DNA of 64,000 bases from NCBI GenBank assembly GCA_965140585.1, contig OZ223272.1, forward strand, positions 1-64,000, read 5' to 3'. The translations under genes were made by a program, and so were the position numbers. Shown piece by piece: positions 48,185 through 58,927 of this stretch; position 1 is the stretch's first letter, and each line of letters opens with the position of its first letter. The notes beneath the pieces were generated by a model. That model saw only the letters and a list, made by a program, of their open reading frames with translations, did no database searches and was not told the origin of the DNA. The DNA comes from Spirochaetia bacterium. GTDB lineage: Bacteria > Spirochaetota > Spirochaetia > UBA9216.

Positions 48185-49471
48185 TCATAGTAGCCATAAA
48201 CTCAATTGAGGAATAAATGTGATTAAAAATAAGGCAACAATCAAAGTGATAATAAAAGGTATTGATGATCTACCAATCTCAAGAGGTGATAACTTAACCA
48301 TAGGACTTGTTATAAAAAGGGTCACGCCAAATGGAGGTGTTACAAATCCCACAGCCATGTTTACAACCATAATAATTCCAAGATGAACGGGATCAACACC
48401 AATACTTGTAGCTAGCGGAAGAATCATAGGGGCAAGTATCATTAAGGCAGGACCGGTATCCATAACCATCCCAATAAAAAGCAATACAACATTGAGCATT
48501 ATCAGAATACTGATCTTAGATGTAAAATTATTGGAAATTAGAAGCGCCAGCTCTGTAGGAATTTTCAATAAAGTTAAAATCCTTCCAAAAGCAACAGCGA
48601 CAGCCAACATCAATGCTAACGGAGCCATAACCTTACAGGACTCACCTAGTATATTAAACACCTGATTAATACGAATAGTTTTATAAACAAAAATTGAAAT
48701 GATTAAAGAATATAAAACCGATATTACGGCGACCTCTGTCGGCGTAACAATACCACTATATATTCCGCCAAGTAAGATTACCGGTGTAAGCAATGCCCAG
48801 AAACTATCTTTAAAAAGCCTGAAAAACCCCAGCCTCTTTAAATCATTTACCTGATTATCAATCTTCTCTCTATCTTCACCTTTTATTATACAATAGACGA
48901 CTACATATCCAATCAAACAAAGCGCAATAATTATTCCCGGAATAATCCCTGCAATAAACATCTTGCCAATCGATACCCCAGTTGCCAAACCATATAGGAT
49001 AAAAGGAATACTTGGAGGGATTATTACACCGAGACCGGCAGATGAAGCAACAAGCGCGCCGGCAAATTTCTTTTCATATCCCATGGATAATAAAATTGGA
49101 ATAGTCATTGCACCGACAGCAGCGCATGTTGCTGTTCCGGAACCGGAAATTGCACCATAAAAAAGACAAGTTACAACAACCGCACTTGGAATGCCACCAG
49201 GCACTCTACCTAGCCAATATGCAAAAACATTAAAGATTTTTTCTGAGATCCTTCCCTTTGCCATAATCATTCCGGAAAGAATAAATAATGGTGCTGCAAT
49301 TATGCTTGTGTTATCACCTGCTCCGATGATTCCTCTTAAAACGAACTGCAGGTCACCTATAAAATGAGGATTAATCAATCCTGGAAGAATCGATGAAATC
49401 CCAAGCACTACAACCAAAGGAACGCCGATTACAACTCCGACAATAAAAAATATTACAACCGCTAGTGTCAT
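48185..49471 (-). CDS. dctM: TRAP transporter large permease
   Basis: GAISGSG, IIPPSIP, GIVTPTE and TPPFG motifs. Confidence 0.95.
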   Translation of the reverse strand: MTLAVVIFFIVGVVIGVPLVVVLGISSILPGLINPHFIGDLQFVLRGIIGAGDNTSIIAAPLFILSGMIMAKGRISEKIFNVFAYWLGRVPGGIPSAVVVTCLFYGAISGSGTATCAAVGAMTIPILLSMGYEKKFAGALVASSAGLGVIIPPSIPFILYGLATGVSIGKMFIAGIIPGIIIALCLIGYVVVYCIIKGEDREKIDNQVNDLKRLGFFRLFKDSFWALLTPVILLGGIYSGIVTPTEVAVISVLYSLIISIFVYKTIRINQVFNILGESCKVMAPLALMLAVAVAFGRILTLLKIPTELALLISNNFTSKISILIMLNVVLLFIGMVMDTGPALMILAPMILPLATSIGVDPVHLGIIMVVNMAVGFVTPPFGVTLFITSPMVKLSPLEIGRSSIPFIITLIVALFLITFIPQLSLWLL

Positions 49472-49953
49472 TATACAACTCCTGCCTTTTTCTTAAACTC
49501 GCCAACTAGACGTTGAACATATCGAAAAGTACTTAATCCGAACCCTACAGATATTGCAGAATGTACATAATACATAGGGATTTTCATCACGACGCTGTAC
49601 TCACCGGTTTTATATACGTTAGAGACAGTTTTAAAAGTATTAAGAAAAATGAAAGCTGAGAAACATAGGCCTAAGGTAACTGTCAACTTCATCAGTATCC
49701 TCTGGACCCTTTCCGGTAGCATTTTCGTTACAGAATCCACTCTGAGATCAATATTCAGATGAATACTGTATGAAAAGGCGATAAACATAAACCAAATAAA
49801 ACAATATCGACTCAATTCTTCCGGCCAGGCCAGAGAATTATTAAAGAAATAACGCATGACTATTTGTAAAAACATAGCCACAATAATTGTTGTAAGAAAA
49901 ATTACAAGTAATAATTTTTCTATATTGGTATTTAACCAACGTATCACTGTCAT
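49471..49953 (-). CDS. dctQ: TRAP transporter small permease
   Basis: RYFFNNSLAWPEELSRY motif; 4 TM segments. Confidence 0.93.
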   Translation of the reverse strand: MTVIRWLNTNIEKLLLVIFLTTIIVAMFLQIVMRYFFNNSLAWPEELSRYCFIWFMFIAFSYSIHLNIDLRVDSVTKMLPERVQRILMKLTVTLGLCFSAFIFLNTFKTVSNVYKTGEYSVVMKIPMYYVHSAISVGFGLSTFRYVQRLVGEFKKKAGVV

Positions 49954-49981
49954 ACAACCACCCTCTCTTAATTATTATTGA

Positions 49982-50884
49982 TTATCTGAATGTTTTCAAA
50001 TAATCCGACATTTGACTTTTTGAATATTGAACCTCAACCTGTTCCTTGCTTAATTTTCGAAATTCATTAAACCCTTCTCTCAACTCTGTTAAAAATCTTT
50101 GCCATTCTGCAGGATCAATAAAGGCTTTTTTATCTCCACTAAACAACTTATTTCTTTTAACAAAAGTATCGTTATGGAAAGGATGATTTCCCAATGTGAT
50201 ATCCACTTTCTCATTCCACACTTTTTCAATGGAATCAAGAAAAATTTCTTTCATTGACAGAGGCAACTTATTTTTTGTCAATAGTTCATCGGTAAGAGCA
50301 CTAAATCCTGAACCACCATAGATACCGGCAGTATATTCTTGTTCGCAATCCTTAACACTCCAAAAATGAGACATTGTTCCCTTCGTGTGTCCTGGAGTCA
50401 GAACACACCGAATTTTCGTGTTCCCCAATTCAACAATATCTCCATCCTTTAAAAGAACATCCGGATGGAAGCTTTCATTATACTGACCAAGAGAATTATT
50501 CATCCATTCATAAAAATCAGGATTCTCTTTCATATCATCAGCATCGATTTTACTGATAAAAACTTTTGCACCAGTTAGATATACTAAGGCATTAACAGAG
50601 CCATAATGATCTACATGGGCATGTGATACAATGATATATTTTAGATCCTCAAGATCAAATCCTGCGCTCCAAATATTATTTATAAGATAAGCTATTTCCG
50701 GTAGTCCTGGAGTATCCAGAAGAATTAACCCCTCTCCTGTATCTATCAGATGTGATGATTCCAATGCATTACCTACATAATATAGATTACCTGCTATACA
50801 AAAAGGTTTTTCAGATAATAAATATGTTTGCTTTAAATATTTTTCAGGCGGCATCATATTTCCAAATTTATTAATATGACTCAA
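49982..50884 (-). CDS. Metallo-beta-lactamase-fold hydrolase (B3-like)
   Basis: PFCIAGNLYYVG, SHAHVDH, TPGHTKG and GNHPF motifs. Confidence 0.9.
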   Translation of the reverse strand: MSHINKFGNMMPPEKYLKQTYLLSEKPFCIAGNLYYVGNALESSHLIDTGEGLILLDTPGLPEIAYLINNIWSAGFDLEDLKYIIVSHAHVDHYGSVNALVYLTGAKVFISKIDADDMKENPDFYEWMNNSLGQYNESFHPDVLLKDGDIVELGNTKIRCVLTPGHTKGTMSHFWSVKDCEQEYTAGIYGGSGFSALTDELLTKNKLPLSMKEIFLDSIEKVWNEKVDITLGNHPFHNDTFVKRNKLFSGDKKAFIDPAEWQRFLTELREGFNEFRKLSKEQVEVQYSKSQMSDYLKTFR

Positions 50885-51108
50885 GCAACGCTCCTTAATC
50901 CTTGCAATTTACCGATACTCATATATAATTAGTTATATCTAAAGCATACATGGGAATGTATCGGTATAATAATCATAATTTTATATTTTAATTATATTTT
51001 GATTATTATTTATTCTAAAACGAGTTAAAGCATCAAACAATGTATAATATTTCATATTCATATAACTAAAAATATATAAGCAAGGCAGAAGGAGAATATA
51101 GAAAGACA

Positions 51109-52014
51109 ATGGAAATCCACCAACTGGAGAACTTCCTGCAATTGGCAAAATATGAAAATGTATCACTGACTGCAGATTTTCTGAATATTTCACAACCTGC
51201 CCTCAGTAAATGTCTATCATCAATCGAGCAGGAAGTGGGTGTAAAACTATTCAATCGTGCCGGCCGCAAGATAATTCTCAATGAACATGGAAGAATATTC
51301 GCAAAATATGCAGAGCAGACAATCTCTTCATTAAAAGAAGGAATGTTTGTAACACAAAGACTTAATAAAACAATACTTGGAACCCTCACAATTGGGTTAC
51401 ATAGTTACGGTCCTACCATTTTTCAGTGCCTGTCTGAATTTTCACAACTCAATCCACAGATAAACATACAGCTTATTAGTTCTTATGATTCTAGCTCAAA
51501 ACTTTCTCTTGAACACATGGATCTGGTTCTCTGCTCTACTACAGATAATTTCTACTCTGAAAAGAACAGCTTTTGGATTACTCAACCTCTGTTTAAAGAA
51601 CGTTATGTATTGGTCTTATCTTCATTATTCAGATCTTACCCGGCAGAGAAAAAAAGTATTAATTTACTTGAGTTCAGGGACGACCCATTTATCGTAATGC
51701 CTCAAAATGAAATCTTTTCTGATCTTACCTATAAATACTGCAATGAAGCAGGATTTATACCAAACGCATTATATGAGGTAGATGGGTTTATAATGAAATT
51801 AAAATTTTTACAAGCCGGTCATTGCGTTGCCATCCTGCCGGAATCATGCTTACAGGATGCAATAACATTTGATCCTCAATTACAATGTTTTCAGATAGAG
51901 AATTTCCCCTGCGAAAGGACAATTCTTATAAAAAGACATAAAGAAAATTTTACTTCAGAAACCGCAGAACTGTTTTGGGATTTTTTAATGGAGCATTTTA
52001 ATATTAAAAATTAA
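51109..52014 (+). CDS. LysR family regulator divergent from the MBL-TRAP operon
   Basis: LNISQPALSKCLSSIEQEVGVKLFNR HTH. Confidence 0.92.
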   Translation: MEIHQLENFLQLAKYENVSLTADFLNISQPALSKCLSSIEQEVGVKLFNRAGRKIILNEHGRIFAKYAEQTISSLKEGMFVTQRLNKTILGTLTIGLHSYGPTIFQCLSEFSQLNPQINIQLISSYDSSSKLSLEHMDLVLCSTTDNFYSEKNSFWITQPLFKERYVLVLSSLFRSYPAEKKSINLLEFRDDPFIVMPQNEIFSDLTYKYCNEAGFIPNALYEVDGFIMKLKFLQAGHCVAILPESCLQDAITFDPQLQCFQIENFPCERTILIKRHKENFTSETAELFWDFLMEHFNIKN

Positions 52015-52147
52015 CGAAAGAAAAACCTTATGTCTTATAGTTCATTTCTTATCTGGCTCTATACAGCTATAAAATGCACCTCGACTTCCCTCCGGAAAAA
52101 GCCGCTAAGCTGGGGTTTGAATAATCAATCTGATATAGAGATTGCAT

Positions 52148-52470
52148 TTACATAGGAGAAGCGTTCCAAAAACGACAGAGGCTCCGACGATGTACAGCCG
52201 TAAAAGCGGGCAGAATCTTTTTCATTGGAGTATTCAAAGCCACACCAGCTATCAAGGTATGAAAAATCTGCAATCCATAGTTTGTTCGGTCGAGTAGCTT
52301 AAAATTTCCGATTATCCAGATCCAATGGACGATCAGCTTTTTTATCTGGAATTGTCGTTCTGACACACTTGCCACGAATAACTCCCCTTACTCCAAGGTC
52401 TTTCATAAAACGCGCTACTGTGCATCTGGCGGCATCATGCAACTTACGGTTCAGCTGTCTCCAAACAGTA
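52148..52470 (-). mobile_element. IS3-family (IS629/IS51-like) transposase orfB remnant
   Basis: Minus strand reads VWRQLNRKLHDAARCTVARFMKDLGVRGVIRGK, then a degenerate RPNKLWIADFSY region. Confidence 0.7.
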
Positions 52471-52579
52471 TATGGACTTCAAACAATTTACAAATTATTG
52501 TAATGCTGGCATTTACTTCGTTACCCGAATAGAGAAAAGAATGCAGTAATGACTCAGATCTGGACAGCTATGATAATAT

Positions 52580-53050
52580 ATGAATCTGCTTAGAACATTT
52601 TTTAATATCGTTTGAATCAAGACAAAGGCAGTGAGTATCGCTACTTTTGTCTTTGTAAGTCTCAGTGCGGCAGTGATGCTGAAATCCAATTCTCAAACCT
52701 TCCCCTGGGTAAACTGGTGGCTGATGCTTGCTGCAACCCTGGCTGTATATATGGGGACCGCCGGGTTTAATACTCATTTTAATTTTCTGCACGGTGTCAA
52801 CAGGCGGGAAAACAACTTCGAAGCAGAAAAAGTACTTCTCCATAATGTAGTCTCTCCAGCCCGAGCTTTTTATACCTCGGTAGTTTTATTTCTAATTGCT
52901 GTACTAATATTTATGTTTTTTCAGATAAATAAAAGGGGGTTTTCATCAGTGACAAAGGGGGCTTTATGGGCTCCATCCTGATAATATACCTGCTTGGAAC
53001 ACTTGCTTTGAGCTATCCGATGATGCTCAAGCTTTTGTCCTGATTTCAGA
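52580..53050 (+). pseudogene. MenA/UbiA-like prenyltransferase fragment
   Basis: FFNIV..RTKAVS-like N-terminus and LAVYMGTAGFNTHFNF..G; truncated and frameshifted. Confidence 0.55.
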
Positions 53051-53060
53051 TGTCTATAAT

Positions 53061-53285
53061 TTAACCTCCGCCTATAAGCGGGAAAATAGATAATGTGTCA
53101 TTTTCTTTAAGATGGTGTTCAAGGTTGACTCTGATTCCATTAAGAAAAATGATTGCCGCATCCTCTTCGGCAATGCCGAGCAGTCTTACTGCAGTTTTTA
53201 TATCTGCATTTTCGGGTAGAATTTGTAATTGTTCTTTCTCCTGATTGATTCGGAGAGTGGCGAATAATTTCACTTTAATCTGCAT
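53061..53285 (-). CDS. MoaD/ThiS sulfur-carrier protein
   Basis: MQIKVKLFATLR...LSIFPLIGGG with C-terminal GG. Confidence 0.9.
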   Translation of the reverse strand: MQIKVKLFATLRINQEKEQLQILPENADIKTAVRLLGIAEEDAAIIFLNGIRVNLEHHLKENDTLSIFPLIGGG

Positions 53286-53598
53286 CAGAAAGCCTCTTCT
53301 TAATCTTGAAATTAGCACTATTCCCCTGATTTTTCCCATAAAATCCAAATGCAATCCGATAGGGCCCCGGACAGCCGGGAGGGAGAAGAGCCACTCTATC
53401 TCCAGGATGGATATGATATTCCAGGGCCTGGACAAAGCCGTTTACAAATATTACCTCTATCTCATTCGGTGAGATCTCAAGCTTGTCAACCAATTCTAAA
53501 CCTGTGATCGCTTTTTCTATATCAAGATATAAAGGGATAGTTCCGTACTTTTTTTTTATGTATGAATAAAGATGCAGGAATCCTCTTATTTCAATCAT
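53275..53598 (-). CDS. MoaD/ThiS-like ubiquitin-fold protein with C-terminal extension
   Basis: VIFVNG...IHPGDRVALLPPGCPGPYR; lacks the terminal GG. Confidence 0.8.
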   Translation of the reverse strand: MIEIRGFLHLYSYIKKKYGTIPLYLDIEKAITGLELVDKLEISPNEIEVIFVNGFVQALEYHIHPGDRVALLPPGCPGPYRIAFGFYGKNQGNSANFKIKKRLSDAD

Positions 53599-53680
53599 TC
53601 TATTGCTGCGCATTGCCAACGGCTTAAGCCTCCATGCAGGTTGCGACTCGAATTCATCAAAGTCTGTTCATTCAATTGAT

Positions 53681-53710
53681 AAATCAGCCGGGTAACAGCC
53701 CGGCTGATTT
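53681..53710 (-). terminator. Hairpin downstream of aor
   Basis: AAATCAGCCGGG-taacag-CCCGGCTGATTT, a perfect 12-bp stem. Confidence 0.7.
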
Positions 53711-53732
53711 CTGGTTGCTTCTTTCTATGATG

Positions 53733-55472
53733 TCAGAAATTATAGACTTCGTCTATTTCTTCAGGAGTAAAATCCCAGACAGCATTGTGCGGGGGCACCG
53801 GTTCATATTCAAAGAACTCAGGCAGTCGATCATGGGCATTGGTGAAACCGGCCTTTTTGTTAAAATTACGTTCGACTTTAAGAACGGATTCACCTAGCTT
53901 GTCTACATCTGCCGAAGTCAATGAAATTCCGTATTGTGCATTTATCATATCGATCAGCGCCTGATATCCGCCGGGATTATCAGCTATACCAAAGTATACA
54001 AATAAGCACATACCGGTGCTGTCGACTGCCGCGGTCCCTATTTGCATGGCTCGGGCGTATTCAACTTGTCCGTCTTTCTTCAGCGGGTCAATATCAGCTC
54101 CGACTTTTAATATATTACCTGAAATACAGTACCCTGCAGTATGATCAGCTCCCATTGGAGTCGTTGCATATGTTAAGCCTATGCCCTTTACGGAACGGGG
54201 GTCATAGGCCGGTATTGCCTGGCCTTTTACTGTCGGGACTCTGTATAAACCGCATAATTTCCCTACGGCTTCACATCCTCCGCCTATAATCCTTGCAAGC
54301 GGCGTCGGTTCCGCCATTTGTTTGACAATTTCCAGAGCAGCCTTTCCGTCGCCCCACGGCAGCAAGCCTCCTTCCATAGCAGTGGCGATTGCAACTGCAG
54401 TCTCAATACTGTCTATTCCTATATCATCCATGGCCTGATCCATGTAAGCGATATCGTCCAGATCTTTAATTCCGGCATCTGCACCCAGGCCCCAGATTGT
54501 TTCATATTCGAATCCGCTTGTAATGTACTTGCCTTGTTTGTCGGGATACCACTGAGAGCACCTGATTATACATCCGTTATGGCATCCGTGAGAAACCTTG
54601 CCGTCGCCTCCGCGTTCGCTAATTGTAGCATTTAATGTTTCACCGCAAATGTTATCATTGTGTTCTATTCGGCCTTCCGTAAAGTTTTTAGCCGGAAGTC
54701 CGCCGGCTTCATTAAGAATATTAACTAGAACATCTGTTCCGTATGCGGCAAGGCCCTGACCGGCTACCGGGTGGTCCATAAGAGCTTTTGCAAATATTTT
54801 CGAAGCGGCTCTAAATTTTTCCGGATCTGCAACAGGAACTTTTTGTGCACCTTCAGCATCGAAAACTACAGCTTTTACTTTCTTTGAACCAAGAACTGCG
54901 CCAAGACCTCCTCGGCCGGCACTTCGAATATTTCCGTCCGGATCTTTAAACGAAATATTTGCGGCCGGCAGTCTGTATTCTCCCGCAGGTCCGGCTAAAC
55001 CGATACCGACCTTTTTGCCGTATTTTTCACTTAATATTTTGATAGCCTCATAGTTACCGCAGCCGTTTAGAATTTCAGCCGGAGATTCTTCAATTGTAAC
55101 GCCTTCCATGTCGATTTTTATAATATAGAACTGGTCGCCGTCGGGCATGCCTTCAATTATTAGAGCCCGGATGCCCATCTTTGCCATTTGCTGTGACACG
55201 ACACCGCCGGTATTGCATTCTTTTATAGTGCCGGTTAATGGACTCTTTGCTCCGACGGAAAGACGTCCTGAGTTTGGTGCGGATGTTCCGCTGAGCAGGC
55301 CAGGAGCAAATATCAGCTTGTTATTTCTGCCCAGAGGATGGCAAGTCGGTTTTACCTCGTCATTTACGAAATTGGAAGTCAGCGCTCTGCCGCCGAAACC
55401 TGAATATTTTTCAGGTACCGGTTCAATAACCGACTCTCTTGTTGTCATGTTTACTCTGATAAATTTGTTCAT
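53733..55472 (-). CDS. aor: Tungsten-dependent aldehyde:ferredoxin oxidoreductase
   Basis: KSPLTG..KE.N.GG, AGRGGLGAVLGSKK, C..GC...C, EYET and DSTGMCLF motifs. Confidence 0.92.
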   Translation of the reverse strand: MNKFIRVNMTTRESVIEPVPEKYSGFGGRALTSNFVNDEVKPTCHPLGRNNKLIFAPGLLSGTSAPNSGRLSVGAKSPLTGTIKECNTGGVVSQQMAKMGIRALIIEGMPDGDQFYIIKIDMEGVTIEESPAEILNGCGNYEAIKILSEKYGKKVGIGLAGPAGEYRLPAANISFKDPDGNIRSAGRGGLGAVLGSKKVKAVVFDAEGAQKVPVADPEKFRAASKIFAKALMDHPVAGQGLAAYGTDVLVNILNEAGGLPAKNFTEGRIEHNDNICGETLNATISERGGDGKVSHGCHNGCIIRCSQWYPDKQGKYITSGFEYETIWGLGADAGIKDLDDIAYMDQAMDDIGIDSIETAVAIATAMEGGLLPWGDGKAALEIVKQMAEPTPLARIIGGGCEAVGKLCGLYRVPTVKGQAIPAYDPRSVKGIGLTYATTPMGADHTAGYCISGNILKVGADIDPLKKDGQVEYARAMQIGTAAVDSTGMCLFVYFGIADNPGGYQALIDMINAQYGISLTSADVDKLGESVLKVERNFNKKAGFTNAHDRLPEFFEYEPVPPHNAVWDFTPEEIDEVYNF

Positions 55473-55516
55473 ACGTTACCTCAATATGTTCCTTTTTTTG
55501 TCGTTGCTGTAATAAG

Positions 55517-55533
55517 AGCAATAATGAGGCCAA
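55517..55533 (-). promoter_or_regulatory. sigma54 -24/-12 promoter of aor
   Basis: Minus strand reads TTGGCCTCATTATTGCT (GG-N10-GC), next to a bEBP gene. Confidence 0.75.
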
Positions 55534-55648
55534 GTATGGTGAAGCAGTCATATCTCATGTATAATTACTTTTTTATGTGGTTTTTGGCATTAATATCTGT
55601 AAATTTAGTAGAATTCAGAGAAAATTTTTAACCGTTTTCTGCAAATAG

Positions 55649-55716
55649 TGTTCCATACTGGAATAGTTCTTAGTGTTTAGCTGTATCGTATTGGAACAGT
55701 GTTCCATTTAGGCGCA
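55649..55716. promoter_or_regulatory. Three candidate bEBP upstream activator sites
   Basis: TGTTCCATACTGGAATA (55649), TGTATCGTATTGGAACA (55682) and TGTTCCATTTAGGCGCA (55700), 115-185 bp upstream of the sigma54 promoter. Confidence 0.55.
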
Positions 55717-57609
55717 GATTATTCCATAGTTTTTAATCTTACGATACAATGTATTGCGGCCGATTCTGAGATGCCTGGCGGAAATTGTTATGTTATAATT
55801 ATTTTCTTCAAGTACTCGTTTGATATGTTGCTCCTCCACTTCGTCCAGAGTTTCAGGCTGAACGTCCTGAACCTGTTTTTCGATATTAATGTCTTGATCT
55901 GAATGAATCGCGGAAAACGAAAGCGGTATTTTTTCGGAGTTTATCATCAGTTCAATAACATTTTCCAGCTCACGGATATTCCCGGGCCAGCTGTAATTAC
56001 AAAATCTGTTCATCTGTTCAGGTGAGATTGTTATTTCACGTTTATTGATTTTCTTAGATATTTTTTTGCTGTAGTAATCTATCAGTAACGGAATATCTTC
56101 CCTGCGTTCCCTTAATCCCGGGAGTTTGATTGGGAGTACATTTAATCTGTAAAATAAATCTTTTCTGAAAAAGCCGTCCTGGATTTCAGTTTCTAAATCT
56201 TTATTTTTTGCGGCAATTATTCTGACGTTAATCGGAATGTTCTCATTTCCTCCGAGCCTGGTGACGACTCCATCTTCTATAACCCTCAGGAGCTTGACCT
56301 GCATATCAAGCGGCATCTCGCCTATTTCATCCAGAAACAATGTTCCTCCGTCGGCGATTTCAAATTTGCCGGCTTGACCGCCTTTTCGTGCACCGGTGAA
56401 AGCTCCGTCATTGTATCCGAATAATTCGGACTCGATTAGGGTCCTTTGGATGGCTCCGCAATTTAAAACAACGAATGTTTCCTCTTTTCTCAAGCTATAA
56501 TTATGAATTGACTGATCTAAAATTTCTTTCCCGGTACCGCTTTCGCCTGTAATAAGAATAGTCGAATTGCTGTCGGCAACTTTTTTTGTAAAATCTATTG
56601 CCTCGGTGAAGGCCTTTGATACTCCGGCCATTTTTTCAAATGTATATATTGCTTTGCGTCCGATAATATCGTTTGCATGCTTCCTGACCCGTCTGACATC
56701 TTTAACAGTAATAATTATCGCAGATACAGAGCCGTCGGTATACGTAACCGGGTATGCGCTTACATTAAAATAGATATTATTTTTCTTTGTATTCAACAAC
56801 AGATCTCTGTTCAGAAAATCTTCTCTTGAAATTGCAGCCTTTTTAATTTCTTCCTATGCAGGAATAACTGATGAAACAGAATGAGTTAACAGAAAACTTT
56901 TATCTGTAGCCAGTAGATTCTGATTTTGAGAGTTTGCAGTTAGTATTTCTCCGCCAAGGCTGCATGAGAGTATTCCAGCCTGAATTGAGTCCATCAGTTT
57001 TTCAATGAAAAGATTATTGTGCATCAACTTGTCGTTGTTTTTTTTTAATTTTAAAGTTTTTTCAATTGCATTGACTGCGGCAATAACCATTCCCAGTGTA
57101 TAGCTGTTTACATTTTTTATATTGCCTGTAAGATCAAGTGCGCCTATTATTTCTCCGTCGGAATCTCTTATGGGAGCTCCGGAACATGTTCAGCGGTGAT
57201 ACGGCTTTATAAAATGCTCTTTTCCGGAAACCTGTACAGGAAAGCATTCAACCAGTGCGGTTCCCATGGCATTGGTGCCGATACTTTTCTCATCCATAAA
57301 TGCACCCGGCACCATCTTCAACGCGAAGGCATCCTCAAGAATATCATCATCGCCGACAACACTCAGAATACAGCCTTCTTCATCAGTCAGAATGGAAAAG
57401 AAGCTTGTGCCTTTAAGAAAGTTGCAAAGTTGCCCGATAAAAGGTTCGGCAACTAAAATAAGATTTCTTTTTTTCTGAAGACATTCTTCAAGTTCTTTGC
57501 CTTTAAGTATTCTTTTACTGTATATACGCTCTGAATCAAGTCAGTATTCTATGCATCTGGAAAACGAGGGTGATATATAATCATTCTTTACTGATTGCTC
57601 CATGTTCAT
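55708..57609 (-). pseudogene. AcoR-like sigma54 activator (GAF-PAS-AAA+-HTH) with three in-frame stops
   Basis: One continuous frame with stops at 57541-43 (TGA), 57190-92 (TGA) and 56854-56 (TAG); GTNAMG GAF, GESGTGKE, GAFTGA and WPGNIREL motifs. Confidence 0.85.
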
Positions 57610-57893
57610 AAACACTATGATACAAATAGTCAATTCTCAAATCAAGGCTGGATTATTTGATTAATAAAATAATAATATACTGTTGATAAATATTACCTGA
57701 TATGAAACAAACGGCGTGTTAAATAGAGTCAGGAGGCATTATGTCGCTTTATACAGCAGTAATGACTTTTGCCCTGATTATGGATGATAGGAATAGCTGC
57801 ATTTCTATCAATCAAAATTTTGCGAAACGTAGCAGAAACAGGACTAAAAATCCGGAAAACCGACTGGCCTTTGTACTTTGTTCCAAAGAACTG

Positions 57894-58240
57894 TCAGCTG
57901 TAATTGATTTGTATCAAATCACACCCATCAAAAATATAAAGAGTCTCTTCAAAGTACTGATTATATTGGGTGTGAAATAAAACCTTTCCCATGAAAGACT
58001 CATATCGCAGTTTCTTCAGACTGACAGGAGCTCTCGAAATATACTCTGATAGATTTACTCTTGCCTTATCTTTCAAAATATGGACCGAGTTGTCAATGCT
58101 GAATCAAGAGTTTTTCCATGACAGCAGATTTCCGGCTGCTTCTTTGTGAAATTCTTTGATGATACTGAAAATCAACCGGGAAATATCCGCAAATAACTTT
58201 CAGTTATTCCTGAAGAAAACACATAAAGCTTTGGGAACAA
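57894..58240 (-). mobile_element. IS91-like (Y2) transposase remnant, internally deleted
   Basis: VPKAL..FF.....LFADISRLI, fused to FSIDNSV...KARVNLSEYISRAPVSLKKLRY, with stops. Confidence 0.6.
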
Positions 58241-58366
58241 GGATAATTCATGCTATCCCGTATTTATAAATGTATCTAGGTTCGCGTTTGATTCTCAGCC
58301 GCACCTTGTCGTTTGGATAGAATGAAATGAATATACACCTTACGCCTTCCTCTTGGATCATTGCTT

Positions 58367-58927
58367 TTATCGCAGGATGTACAGCAGGTTGAGGCCCGCT
58401 CCCGTCCAGTAGTCTCCCTTTCCGAATCCGCTGAATTTAAGTTCAAGGCTGAGTCCGGAGCCTTCAAAGCAGAAGAAGCTCAAGCCTATTCCTGCATCAA
58501 GATTAAAGCGGAAATCCGGAATAAGATTATCATAGAGGGTCAGATAGGGGCCGGCAGTTGCGAATAGATGAAATCTAAACAGCGGGCCCGCTGCGGCATT
58601 TAGCTGAACCGCGGGGCATAGCGGAATATACATCGGGAAGAATTCCGGAATAAACGGTCGCCGCATTGAATTGGCGCCTTCAAGGAGTAATCCGCTCTTG
58701 ATTCCAAGATCCAGGCCGAGGCATACCGGTGAATCTTCCGGGGACCTTAAAATATTGTAGTATCCGCTGATTAGAAGGCCCTCGTTCACCGACATCACGC
58801 TTGAAAAATCGCTGTACATTTCAATAGCGAGTCCGGTCCGAAGTTCAATATCATTTTGTATCCCCAGGCTGAAAAGGTTAGCGGTTCCCGCAAGCAGGAT
58901 TAGTAGTATTATTACTTTCTTTTTCAT
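58367..58927 (-). CDS. Secreted hypothetical protein, possibly an outer-membrane beta-barrel
   Basis: Signal peptide; alternating beta-strand pattern ending GAGLNLLYILR. Confidence 0.6.
   Translation of the reverse strand: MKKKVIILLILLAGTANLFSLGIQNDIELRTGLAIEMYSDFSSVMSVNEGLLISGYYNILRSPEDSPVCLGLDLGIKSGLLLEGANSMRRPFIPEFFPMYIPLCPAVQLNAAAGPLFRFHLFATAGPYLTLYDNLIPDFRFNLDAGIGLSFFCFEGSGLSLELKFSGFGKGDYWTGAGLNLLYILR

Noticed and set aside
45721-50884. Calling the MBL-fold genes antibiotic-resistance genes
   Set aside because: They lack signal peptides and sit in a catabolic TRAP context; activity cannot be inferred from sequence.
55708-57609. Stop-codon recoding to explain the in-frame TGA/TAG codons
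   Set aside because: The stops appear to replace different residues (likely Gly, Trp, Trp; Gln in the LysR gene). All three stop codons end normal genes elsewhere in the window.
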